A DNA stretch of 64,000 nucleotides. Origin: Myxococcales bacterium (GTDB lineage Bacteria > Myxococcota > UBA727 > VGSZ01). This document shows positions 9,147-17,994 of the stretch, piece by piece. Both the position numbers and the translations under genes were made by a program. Location of the stretch: the NCBI GenBank assembly GCA_023248635.1, contig JAHFED010000012.1:43370-107369 (forward strand), in the 5' to 3' direction. Under the pieces are notes generated by a model. That model was not told the origin of the DNA and did no database searches. It was given only the letters and a program-made list of their open reading frames with translations. How positions within the stretch are numbered: position 1 is the first letter of the stretch; each line of letters starts with the position of its first letter.

Positions 9147-10229
9147 TCATCCAGTCCTCATAGCGTGCGCGACGCGACGCGTCCCCTGGCCATCAACGAG
9201 CGCTCTCCCCTTCTCGGCGCCTCGTCGTCGCAACCCCACGTCTTTGATCATCCGGTCGAGCTCCACGCCGACAGAAGCCGGTGAATGCGGAGCGTGCAAA
9301 ACGGCATGCAGAATGCCCAACTCGACCAGTGGCTCGATGACATGGCGTTGGTTGTCGGCAACGACCAGGACTTGCGTCGGTGCACCAATACAACAGCGTT
9401 CCCACGTGGCGCCGCCGCCAGCTCCGACCTGCAGGTCGTGCCGGCCAAAGAAGGCGGCGAGGTCTGGCTGATCGAGCGTGACCGTCGTGTGCGGCCAAGT
9501 TTCGGCCAGAGCGATCAGCGCACGATGGTGGGGGTTTTGCCGGGTCGTAGCAATTTCGATCGCGCCATCAAAGCGGACGTGCTCGCGACAAGCGAGTAGC
9601 ACCGTACGGCTCACATCGGCGACGTCCGCGCCGCCCATGAAGATGCCGATGCTGCGAACCACCTCTTGAAAGGCGTAACGCGCGGCGGTCTCGTAGGACG
9701 CATCGAGCAGCGCGAAGCGGGGACCACCAAGGATGGGCACCGCAGGGTCCAAGCGACCGGCGTACTTGGCCCGATGATCTGGTGCGAAATTGTGATCGAT
9801 GAGGAGGTCGGCCGCCAGGGGACGATCGGCCAGATCGTCGACCACCGCGACGCGAATGGCCCCCCGCCCCGAGATCGCCTCGTGCCAACGAGCATCGAAC
9901 GCGTAGTGATCGACAACGAGCCAGTCGGCGCCGAACTGTGCCAGCGCCAATGCCGTTTCCTCGGCGTCAACATGCGCCGAGACCTGCGCCCAGCCTGCAT
10001 GCATCGGCTCATGGGCCAGCCCATCGCGCTCCTCGGCGCGCGGTGCCCGCAGCAGCGAGCAACGAAAACCCGCGGTGGTCACGGGGCCGACGACGTCGAC
10101 ACCGAGATTGCGTGTCACGAAATGAACGTCCGCCCCGTCCGCCTGCAGTGCTTGCCCGAGGGACAGACAGCGCCGAACGTGCCCGAGGCCGATTTCAGTC
10201 GAGGCGTCGACGCGAACAGCGACGTTCAT
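9147..10229 (-). CDS. pseG: UDP-2,4-diacetamido-2,4,6-trideoxy-beta-L-altropyranose hydrolase
   Basis: RVDASTEIGLGHVRRCLSL, WLVVDHY, FMGGAD, GAGGGATWERC, ADNQ, VDGQG. Confidence 0.93.
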   Translation of the reverse strand: MNVAVRVDASTEIGLGHVRRCLSLGQALQADGADVHFVTRNLGVDVVGPVTTAGFRCSLLRAPRAEERDGLAHEPMHAGWAQVSAHVDAEETALALAQFGADWLVVDHYAFDARWHEAISGRGAIRVAVVDDLADRPLAADLLIDHNFAPDHRAKYAGRLDPAVPILGGPRFALLDASYETAARYAFQEVVRSIGIFMGGADVADVSRTVLLACREHVRFDGAIEIATTRQNPHHRALIALAETWPHTTVTLDQPDLAAFFGRHDLQVGAGGGATWERCCIGAPTQVLVVADNQRHVIEPLVELGILHAVLHAPHSPASVGVELDRMIKDVGLRRRGAEKGRALVDGQGTRRVAHAMRTG

Positions 10230-10238
10230 GTACTGGTC

Positions 10239-11525
10239 TCAGCGAAGCTTGAAGAGCGGAACGAGTGGTTCACAACGCAACGTGCTGCGCAGGGTTCCCC
10301 GATCGAGCACCTGCCCGATCATCGGCAGGACCTCGGCGTAGGCGGCAATCAGGGCGGCGATGTCGGCCTCCGAATGCGCGTAGTTCACGTTGTGCGATCC
10401 GACGGAGAGGATCCCGCGTTGTAAGAGCTCCTGCATGAGCAGGGTCTTGATCTCGAACGCCGTGGCCCCACGAGCGTCCTTGATGGTCAGAAAGGTCCAC
10501 GTCGGGTGGCCGCTCAAGGAAAAGACGTCACCGAGGCCGCCGTCTTCGACCACCCGACGAGCACCGGTGAGGATCTGGTTGCCGTGGGCCAGGAGCGTCT
10601 TCACCACAGGTTGCGTCTTCAGTTTCTGAAGCGTCGCCTTCGCAGCCGCGAGCGAAAGGGCTTCGCCACCGAAGGTGAAGGAGAAGAAGACCTCCTCCAT
10701 CATCTTCATAACGTCCCGCCGACCAGCTACCGCGGAAACGGGGTAGCCGTTCGCAAGGCCTTTGCCGAAGGTCGCGAGGTCGGGCGTGACACCAAAGTGT
10801 TCCTGCGCCCCACCATTGGAAAAGCGAAACCCCGTGATGGTCTCGTCAAACACGAGCAATGCCCCGTGAGCGTGCGCCAGCGCCTTCACGCCGTTGAGGA
10901 ATCCCACCTGCGGTTCTGCGACGTTCATGGGCTCCATCACAACGGCCGCGAACTCGCCGCGATGCTGTGCGAGACCGGCCTCGAGTGACTCGAGGTCGTT
11001 GTACTTGAACGTATGCGTCAGTTCTTGCGTTGCCTTCGGCACCCCACGGTTACGCGCCGTGGTGCCGATGTACCAGTCCTGCCATCCGTGGTAGCCGCAA
11101 ACCATCACGCGGTCGCGGCCGGTGAACGCGCGCGAGATGCGCACCGCGCCCGACGTCGCATCGGAACCATTCTTTCCGAAGCGGACCATCTCGGCACACG
11201 GCACCATCTCGCAAATCAGCTCGGCGACCTCGGTCTCGATGGGATGAGGCAGCGAAAAGATGACGCCGACGTCCAACTGTTCACGCACCGCACGAGTGAC
11301 GTCGGGATCGTTGTAACCGAGCGTGATGGCGGCCAGGCTGCTGACGAAATCGATGTACTCGTTGTCGTCGATGTCCCAGGCATGAGCGCCCTGCGCCCGT
11401 TTGATGAAGTAGGGCGAGACGCCATGCGGGTACTGCGTCCGGCTCTTGCTGAACGTCTGGCTCCCGAGCGGGATCGTTTTCTCGGCGCGCTGCAAATAGA
11501 GTTCGGACTGCTGGAACGTCTTCAT
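10239..11525 (-). CDS. Class III PLP aminotransferase (glutamate-1-semialdehyde aminomutase-like)
   Basis: SQTFSKS, KNGSDAT, GYHGWQDW, FDETITGFR, PDLATFGKGLANG (PLP Lys). Confidence 0.9.
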   Translation of the reverse strand: MKTFQQSELYLQRAEKTIPLGSQTFSKSRTQYPHGVSPYFIKRAQGAHAWDIDDNEYIDFVSSLAAITLGYNDPDVTRAVREQLDVGVIFSLPHPIETEVAELICEMVPCAEMVRFGKNGSDATSGAVRISRAFTGRDRVMVCGYHGWQDWYIGTTARNRGVPKATQELTHTFKYNDLESLEAGLAQHRGEFAAVVMEPMNVAEPQVGFLNGVKALAHAHGALLVFDETITGFRFSNGGAQEHFGVTPDLATFGKGLANGYPVSAVAGRRDVMKMMEEVFFSFTFGGEALSLAAAKATLQKLKTQPVVKTLLAHGNQILTGARRVVEDGGLGDVFSLSGHPTWTFLTIKDARGATAFEIKTLLMQELLQRGILSVGSHNVNYAHSEADIAALIAAYAEVLPMIGQVLDRGTLRSTLRCEPLVPLFKLR

Positions 11526-11544
11526 GGCCTGCCCCTTTGCATCA

Positions 11545-12345
11545 TCAGGTCTCCATGCGGATGGCGACGCCGGCATTCCGGATGTGGGCGCGTGTTTGCA
11601 TCGGATTTTGGTCTCGGAAACAGAAAAAGGTTCCGGCGGCGACACCTTCGGCGCAGCCCTTCACGAAGCCTTCGGTGAAGTGCTCGGCGCGACCACAACC
11701 GCCCGAGATGATTACCGGCACAGGCACCGCATCTGCGATCTGTCGGCACACTTGCCAGTTGAGCCCGTCGCCGCCGCCGTCGCGATCGGCGTCGCACAAG
11801 AGAATTTCGCCGGCTCCTCGGTCCGCCGCTTCCTTCGCCCAATCCAGTACGGTGCGACCGGTGGTGTGTCGGGCCGAATGCCGGACAACGAAGGACGCAC
11901 CGTCTGCGCCGGTCCGAAAATCGATCGAGACGACCACGCACTGCGCGCCGTAGCGGTTCGCCGCAGCACCAATCAGATCGGGGTCGTCGAGCGCCGCTGT
12001 GTTGACAGAGACCTTGTCGGCACCTCGTTCCAGCAGCAACCCAAAGTCGTCGAGTGCTCGCACGCCGCCTCCGACGGCCAAGGGCATGAAGGTTTCGCCC
12101 GCGAGTCGCTCGATGAGCTCGAGCATCAGCTTGTCGTCGCCGATGGGCGTTCCATCGATGTTGAGAACGATGAGCTCGTCGGCCAGCTGTGCCTCGTAGA
12201 TCTTGGCTTGCGAGACTGGATCACCAACATCGTGTGACGCGGAAAAACGCGTCGTCGTGACGAGAACGGGGCGCGTCGTTCTTCCGAGCTTCCGGTGCTG
12301 AATCAGCAGCTTGGGGATGAGGCGCTTCTTCAACATCGCGTTCAC
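11545..12345 (-). CDS. hisF: HisF-like cyclase-fold subunit (polysaccharide-locus paralogue, WbuZ-like)
   Basis: MLKKRLIPKL, GDPV, ADEL, PLAVGGGV, GADKVSVNT, GAGEIL, DRDG, IISGG. Confidence 0.85.
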   Translation of the reverse strand: MNAMLKKRLIPKLLIQHRKLGRTTRPVLVTTTRFSASHDVGDPVSQAKIYEAQLADELIVLNIDGTPIGDDKLMLELIERLAGETFMPLAVGGGVRALDDFGLLLERGADKVSVNTAALDDPDLIGAAANRYGAQCVVVSIDFRTGADGASFVVRHSARHTTGRTVLDWAKEAADRGAGEILLCDADRDGGGDGLNWQVCRQIADAVPVPVIISGGCGRAEHFTEGFVKGCAEGVAAGTFFCFRDQNPMQTRAHIRNAGVAIRMET

Positions 12346-12968
12346 ATTGCCATGAAGCTGCGGAGGAAACGCATGCCTGCGGCCTGGCTCTTCTCTGGGT
12401 GAAACTGTGCGGCGACGAGGTTGTCGCGCCGCAGCGCGGCACAGAACGTTTCACCGTGATGACAGGTCGCCAGGACGCTTCCCGAGATCGGCGTGCGGTA
12501 GCCGTAGGTGTGGTCGAAGTAAAAATCGGCGGATTCTCCGCTCTTGAACTCGCCGAAGTCGTCGCAAAAGACGGCCGCATTCCAGCCGACGTGCGGGATC
12601 CGAACGGAAGGATCGGTGCTCGTGAGGCGCCGAACTTCGCCGCCGCAGAACCCGAGACCTCGCTGAAACCCCATCTCGTCGCTCGTGTCCGCCAGGAGCT
12701 GCATGCCGACGCAAATCCCGAGGGTGGGACGCTTGCGGCCCAAGGTCCACTCCTCCAGGTACGCCAAGAGGCCGCTAGCACGCAGGCGCCCTGCACAGAA
12801 GCCGAAAGCGCCGACGCCAGGGAGGAGGAGATGTGTCGCGTCGTTGCCATCCCCTGGGGCGCGAATTCGAATGGCCCGCGCGCCGAGGTGCTCGAGGGCA
12901 CTCGTGATCGAGCGGATGTTCCCCGCCTGGTAGTCAACAATGCCGACGACGGCGGACGAGCAGCTCAC
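12342..12968 (-). CDS. hisH: HisH-like glutamine amidotransferase subunit (WbuY-like paralogue)
   Basis: IVDYQAGN, LPGVGAF, LGICVGMQ, PHVGWN, QFHPEKS. GTGA overlap with the upstream gene. Confidence 0.9.
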   Translation of the reverse strand: MSCSSAVVGIVDYQAGNIRSITSALEHLGARAIRIRAPGDGNDATHLLLPGVGAFGFCAGRLRASGLLAYLEEWTLGRKRPTLGICVGMQLLADTSDEMGFQRGLGFCGGEVRRLTSTDPSVRIPHVGWNAAVFCDDFGEFKSGESADFYFDHTYGYRTPISGSVLATCHHGETFCAALRRDNLVAAQFHPEKSQAAGMRFLRSFMAM

Positions 12969-14173
12969 GTTTTCGCGGCGCCCGAGTTCTTGCGCGCGCG
13001 CCAACGCGAAAGCTGCTCCTCGGTGCTCTCGCGATCCATGGCCCCTGCGCGGCTCCAACGATCGAAGTCGGCCGTCTTGGCCCCGGGTTTCGTCGCCTTC
13101 GGATCGTGTATGTAAGGCGACACCTGGTGACCCATTGCCACTTCGTGGAATTCGGCTTCGGTGAGGCCGGTAAATTCTAGAAATAGCTCCAGGCTCGGCG
13201 GTCGCTTTCCCTCGTAGTCATTGACGAGCTGCCGCCCCTCTTCAGCCGTCTTGCGGTCGCTCCTGCGATCGATCGCGACAAGGTGAGACGGCCTCGAGTA
13301 TCCGCGTTTGATGTACTTGATGTAATCTCGCACTCCTTGCATGTAGCACTCGATCTTTTCGTAGTTATATTCCGGGGGAACGTTTTCAACTTCATCGCCC
13401 TTCCACGAGATCTCTTTTTGGATGATCGTGGACTGCTTCTTCACGTCCCAAGGGATGAAGGAGCCCAGACAAACAGATCGATAATTCAGAGCACGCAGCG
13501 CCGACAGCGGCGGATACGAATACGGCTTTAGCTCTCGTTCGTCGACTGTTCCACCGAGACGAACGAACATATCAGGCGCGCTGATGCCGAGGTTCATGAA
13601 ACGATTGAATCGGGTTTCATCCACCTCTTCTGCCTTTTCATAGCTGAAGTAGGCGGTGTATTCTGCTGATGGTTCGCCCCAGAAAATAAGCGGTATTTTC
13701 TTCTCGATGGCGATCCACATTGGATAAGAAAAAATGCCTGTGTGGCAGTGCCAGCAGAAGTCACCCTTTTCGAGGAACGACTGCAGCATGAGCTTCTGCA
13801 CGATCTTCCAATTGGGCGTGAAGGACAGGCAGTCGGCGCCTAGATGGCGCAGGGTGCGCCTAACGTTATCCTCAAGATTCGGACGCATAAACCCGTGGTC
13901 GAAGCGCACCACCAAGGGCTTGATGTTGTACTCCTTCATGAGATAATAGAGAGTCCAGGTGCTGTCTTTGCCACCGCTGAATGGAACGAGGCAGTCATAG
14001 TCGTACTTGCCGCGGTGCTCCTCGATCAGGCCGTCGAGGGCCTTCTTGTTCGTGGCCCAGTCGGTCCGCAGGTTCTTGAAATCCTGCTGGCCGCAGATGT
14101 TGCAGACCCCGTCGACGTTGAAGGAAATGGTCTCGTGGGTTTCGGGGAGACCGCAGCGGGTACAGCGTTTCAT
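12965..14173 (-). CDS. N-acetyl sugar amidotransferase (WbuX/PseA/LegG-like PP-loop ATPase)
   Basis: N-terminal CxxC...CxxC, PP-loop SGGKDS, CWHCH, KRGYSR; followed by hisH/hisF paralogues. Confidence 0.9.
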   Translation of the reverse strand: MKRCTRCGLPETHETISFNVDGVCNICGQQDFKNLRTDWATNKKALDGLIEEHRGKYDYDCLVPFSGGKDSTWTLYYLMKEYNIKPLVVRFDHGFMRPNLEDNVRRTLRHLGADCLSFTPNWKIVQKLMLQSFLEKGDFCWHCHTGIFSYPMWIAIEKKIPLIFWGEPSAEYTAYFSYEKAEEVDETRFNRFMNLGISAPDMFVRLGGTVDERELKPYSYPPLSALRALNYRSVCLGSFIPWDVKKQSTIIQKEISWKGDEVENVPPEYNYEKIECYMQGVRDYIKYIKRGYSRPSHLVAIDRRSDRKTAEEGRQLVNDYEGKRPPSLELFLEFTGLTEAEFHEVAMGHQVSPYIHDPKATKPGAKTADFDRWSRAGAMDRESTEEQLSRWRARKNSGAAKT

Positions 14174-14174
14174 G

Positions 14175-14930
14175 TCAGCTCTGTCCGAGTTGGAGGGCTT
14201 TGGGCGCCAGTGCTTCGTTCCGCGCATGCACGTTGGAGAGGATGTCAGGCTCCGCGTCGAGCGCCCGCAGCATGTCGAAGAGATCAAACTCGCTGTTCGC
14301 GGTGCCGATGGCGGCGAGGAGGCGCCGGACCGTGACGAGGTCGTCGGGGTAGTCGACGGTTAGGCGCATGTGCGAGAAGTCGGCGACGGCGCGCAGGTTG
14401 GCGCGCGCGAGCCCGGCTGCCTTCGATCGCATCCACAGCGTGACGTGCTCTCGCTCCGGCTGTTCGCCCGCCAGATCGTCAGCACGTTCGAGGGCAGCCC
14501 ACGAGAAACACTCCACGTCGAGGCCGTCGGGGTAGGTCGGCGGATCGATGTTGCTGGCATAGTCGCTGCCGCTGCTCCGACGCAGCGCGATGACGCGATC
14601 GATGATCGCCGGATCGATCAAGGGACAGTCCCCCGTCAGGCGCACGACCTCGGTTGCCCGCTCACTCCTTGCAGCATCGACATAGCGCCTGAGCACGTCG
14701 TGCAGATCGCCGCGAAAGGCGCGCACGCCTGCGGTCTTCAGCGCCACCTCGAGCTCGTCATCCGTCGGATCCGTGCTGGTCACGACGACCACGTCGTCGA
14801 GCAGCTGGGCTCGAGCGGCGCGGCGCACCATGTAGACGATCAGGGGAATGCCGTGGAGCAGCTCCAGCACTTTCCCGCGAAAGCGACTGCTCGACATACG
14901 CGCTTGGATGAGGCCGACGGTTCTGCTCAT
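14175..14930 (-). CDS. SpsF/PseF-like cytidylyltransferase
   Basis: IQARMSSSRFRGKVL, DVLRRY, VRLTGDCP, REHVT, RLTVDYPDD. Confidence 0.88.
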   Translation of the reverse strand: MSRTVGLIQARMSSSRFRGKVLELLHGIPLIVYMVRRAARAQLLDDVVVVTSTDPTDDELEVALKTAGVRAFRGDLHDVLRRYVDAARSERATEVVRLTGDCPLIDPAIIDRVIALRRSSGSDYASNIDPPTYPDGLDVECFSWAALERADDLAGEQPEREHVTLWMRSKAAGLARANLRAVADFSHMRLTVDYPDDLVTVRRLLAAIGTANSEFDLFDMLRALDAEPDILSNVHARNEALAPKALQLGQS

Positions 14931-15790
14931 GAGATGGTCGACCAACGGCGCGGATCGATGACGTCGAGGTCTGCTGTAGCGAGCGCCGGCGCGTGCAGAG
15001 CGGGAACCGTTTCCCAGGCTGCTGCGATCGCTTCGAGGTGGGCCTGCGAGTCTACGCCCACGACGCAGACGCGGACCCCCGGCAAACCCTTTGCTAGACC
15101 GAGCGCCGCGTCGAGCCACGGGAGCCCTCGCTCGCGGCACCAGCTGTGAAAACGTGCGATTGACGGCGACGACGACGGCACGCGCGCGGTGGCTTTCTCT
15201 TCCGGCAGGAGCAGAAGCCCTTGGAGAAAAACGGATCGCAAATGAATCTCGACCTTCGCGCGGGACGGCGACGGTTCGCCGTGGAGCCGTTGGTCGAGAG
15301 CGCTTCCTGGCAACTGCGCGATTGAGATGGGCACGCGCTCGCAAATTCGATCGAGGGTCTCGGCGTCGTAGCAGGACACCCCAAAGCGTAAGTCGCGGTT
15401 GGCGCCGTCGACGTCACATGCCTGCCACGCTGCACCCCCATGGACGCCGAGCAGATCTTCGGCCCGATGAAAAAGGATGGCGCTGAGCAGCGACCCGAGC
15501 TTCGCTCGCGTCCTCTGAATCGCAGCCTTCACGAAGTCGTCGGTATCAGCGGCGCAGGCTCCACCCAGCGCCGGCAGTTTGCTGACGACGGAAAATGGAG
15601 CGTCGCCCGCGAGCCCCGCGAGGCGCGTCTCGATGTCGCCGTAGGCTGCGGCTGTATCGAGCACCCGGACGCCGAGTTGCCGTGCTCGGCGCAAGATGGC
15701 GCGCACTTCGTCTTCGGGAACCACGTGACCACGTCCGGCGACGCCGTAGGACAGCCCGAACTGCGCGGTGCCCAATGCCAGCTCGATCAT
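14927..15790 (-). CDS. Aldo/keto reductase
   Basis: LGTAQFGLSYG, LDTAAAYG, VVSK, LFH, GVSCY, RSVFLQGLL, VGVDS. Confidence 0.9.
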   Translation of the reverse strand: MIELALGTAQFGLSYGVAGRGHVVPEDEVRAILRRARQLGVRVLDTAAAYGDIETRLAGLAGDAPFSVVSKLPALGGACAADTDDFVKAAIQRTRAKLGSLLSAILFHRAEDLLGVHGGAAWQACDVDGANRDLRFGVSCYDAETLDRICERVPISIAQLPGSALDQRLHGEPSPSRAKVEIHLRSVFLQGLLLLPEEKATARVPSSSPSIARFHSWCRERGLPWLDAALGLAKGLPGVRVCVVGVDSQAHLEAIAAAWETVPALHAPALATADLDVIDPRRWSTIS

Positions 15791-16962
15791 CGCGTTCCGG
15801 CCTCGCCAAGAGCGCCGCGAAGCACGTCGACCACGCGGTCCTGTTGCTCATCGGTCATGTCGGGGAAGAGCGGGAGGGAGATTGCGCGCGCGTAATAGTG
15901 CTCCGCTGCAGGCCAGCCGCCGACCTGAAAGCCGAGGCGGCGGTAGTGAGGCTGGAGATGAATGGGGATGTAGTGGACGTTCACGCCAATTTCCGCGGCG
16001 CGCATGACCTCGAAGACGCGGGCGCGCGAAACCGGGCAGCGGTCGCCGTCGATCTCCACGGCGTACAGGTGCCACGACGAGACGCGATCGGGCAGCCGAC
16101 ACGGCCGGATCAGCGGCAAGGCTTCGAGAATCAGATCGTAGCGCGCCGCCAGTGCGACCCGTCGTTCGTGTGCTTCAGAGAGGCGCTTCAGCTGCGCCGT
16201 CCCCAACGCTGCCTGCAGGTCCGTCATGCGATGGTTGAAACCAAGCAGCTGCTGCTCGTAGTACCAAGCGCCCTCCGCTCGTCCCTCCAATTCCTCCACC
16301 ACACGCGTCATGCCGTGGGAGCGCAGTAGACGGAGCTTGTACGCGAGCGCCGCATCGTTGGTGGTGACCATGCCGCCTTCGCCTGTGGTCACGATTTTCA
16401 CAGCGTGAAAGCTGAACACGGTCGCGTCCGACCAGGCACTACCGACGGGCTTATCAAGGTAGGTGGCCCCAGTCGCATGAGATGCGTCCTCCAGGACCTT
16501 GAAGCCGTGCTCGTCGGCGAGTCCTCGAATCTCGCGCAGGTCGCAGGGCAGGCCCGAGAAATCCACCGGGATGACGACGTCGGGCAACACGCCCATTCGT
16601 TTGGCTGCGACGAGCTTTTCGCTCAGGCGGGCCACGGACATGTTGCGCGTCGCTGGATCGATGTCCACGAAATCAACGACAGCACCGCAGTACAGTGCGC
16701 AATTTGCGGACGCGAGGAAACTGTTGGGACTCGTCCACACGCGGGAGCCCGGCCCGACGCCGAGGGCCAGACAGGCGATGTGCAGCCCAGCCGTTGCGTT
16801 CGAGACAGCCACGGCGTGCTCGACGCCATGCAGTTCCGCAAACGCATGCTCGAAACCGGGCACGGTCGGCCCCTGGGTCAGGAAGTCGGAACGCAAGACG
16901 GCCACCACAGCGGCGACGTCTTCCTCTGAAACCGATTGGCGGCTGTAGGGGATGAAAGCCAT
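15787..16962 (-). CDS. pseC: UDP-4-amino-4,6-dideoxy-N-acetyl-beta-L-altrosamine transaminase
   Basis: IPYSRQ, DFLTQGP, SNATAGLH, EDASHA, FSFHAVKIVTTGEGG, GFNHRMTD, VNVHYIP. Confidence 0.95.
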   Translation of the reverse strand: MAFIPYSRQSVSEEDVAAVVAVLRSDFLTQGPTVPGFEHAFAELHGVEHAVAVSNATAGLHIACLALGVGPGSRVWTSPNSFLASANCALYCGAVVDFVDIDPATRNMSVARLSEKLVAAKRMGVLPDVVIPVDFSGLPCDLREIRGLADEHGFKVLEDASHATGATYLDKPVGSAWSDATVFSFHAVKIVTTGEGGMVTTNDAALAYKLRLLRSHGMTRVVEELEGRAEGAWYYEQQLLGFNHRMTDLQAALGTAQLKRLSEAHERRVALAARYDLILEALPLIRPCRLPDRVSSWHLYAVEIDGDRCPVSRARVFEVMRAAEIGVNVHYIPIHLQPHYRRLGFQVGGWPAAEHYYARAISLPLFPDMTDEQQDRVVDVLRGALGEAGTR

Positions 16963-16974
16963 AGGCCACTGAGC

Positions 16975-17994
16975 TTAGTGCTCAATTCCCCGCGCGCGGG
17001 TGTCGAGGTACTCGGCGATAAGACCCTGCAGCTGTGCGACAGTGAGAAAGTTGGGATTTGTGCCGCTGTTGTAGCTGAACATCGGTGCCACGGCTCTCGC
17101 ACCGGTCGCAGCGACATAGTCGGCGAGGGTGTAGAGGCCGCCCGAGGGCAGAATCGCGTAATAGTTGCCCAAGTCGACAGTGTTGAGGCTGTCGCTCTCG
17201 GTGATCATCTCCTCGTGGATCTTCTCGCCGGGGCGGATACCCACGACGCGCTGTTCGCATTCGGGGGCAATCGCTGAAGCCACGTCGACGATACGATAGG
17301 ACGGGATCTTTGGCACGAAGACCTCCCCACCCCATGCATTGTCGAGGGTCCAGAGCACCATCTCGACTCCCTGTTGAAGGGAGATGTTGAAGCGGGTCAT
17401 TGCTGGGTCTGTGATCGGCAAGACGCCGCTCGCGCTCCTGTGAAGAAAAAACGGGATTACGGACCCTCGGCTCCCAAGGACGTTACCGTAACGCACGACG
17501 CTGAATTTCAGGTCTCGATTGCCTTTGATGTTGTTGGCCGCAACGAAAAGCTTGTCCGAGCACAGCTTCGTGGCGCCGTACAAATTAATGGGGGCCGCGG
17601 CCTTGTCGGTCGACAAAGCGACGACGCTGTGAACATGCGAATCCAGACACGCATCGATCAAATTTTGAGCGCCGAGCACATTCGTCTTGATGCACTCGAA
17701 GGGGTTGTATTCGGCGGCGGGCACCTGTTTGAGAGCAGCCGCGTGAATGACGACGTCGATGCCCTCGAGCGCACGCCGTAGTCTTGAGGCGTCGCGAATG
17801 TCGCCGATGAAGTAGCGTATGCCCTTGTATTGCGTGTCCGGGAATGTCTGGGACATTTCGAACTGCTTGAGCTCGTCTCTCGAGTACACAACGAGACGTT
17901 TGATGCCCGGAAAACGGCTTAGGATCGTGCCGACAAATCTCTTGCCAAACGATCCGGTACCCCCGGTCACAAGAACCGACTTATCACTCAACAT
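16975..17994 (-). CDS. pseB: UDP-N-acetylglucosamine 4,6-dehydratase (inverting)
   Basis: TGGTGSFG, SRDELKQ, HAAALKQVP, STDKA, YGATK, RYGNV.GSRGSV, GIRPGEKIHE. Confidence 0.96.
   Translation of the reverse strand: MLSDKSVLVTGGTGSFGKRFVGTILSRFPGIKRLVVYSRDELKQFEMSQTFPDTQYKGIRYFIGDIRDASRLRRALEGIDVVIHAAALKQVPAAEYNPFECIKTNVLGAQNLIDACLDSHVHSVVALSTDKAAAPINLYGATKLCSDKLFVAANNIKGNRDLKFSVVRYGNVLGSRGSVIPFFLHRSASGVLPITDPAMTRFNISLQQGVEMVLWTLDNAWGGEVFVPKIPSYRIVDVASAIAPECEQRVVGIRPGEKIHEEMITESDSLNTVDLGNYYAILPSGGLYTLADYVAATGARAVAPMFSYNSGTNPNFLTVAQLQGLIAEYLDTRARGIEH

Noticed and set aside
10239-11525. hemL (tetrapyrrole synthesis)
   Set aside because: SQTFSK and YHGWQDW variants plus the glycan-locus context fit the polysaccharide-associated subfamily.
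11545-12968. Histidine biosynthesis operon
   Set aside because: No other his genes; coupling to a sugar amidotransferase marks them as ammonia-supplying paralogues.
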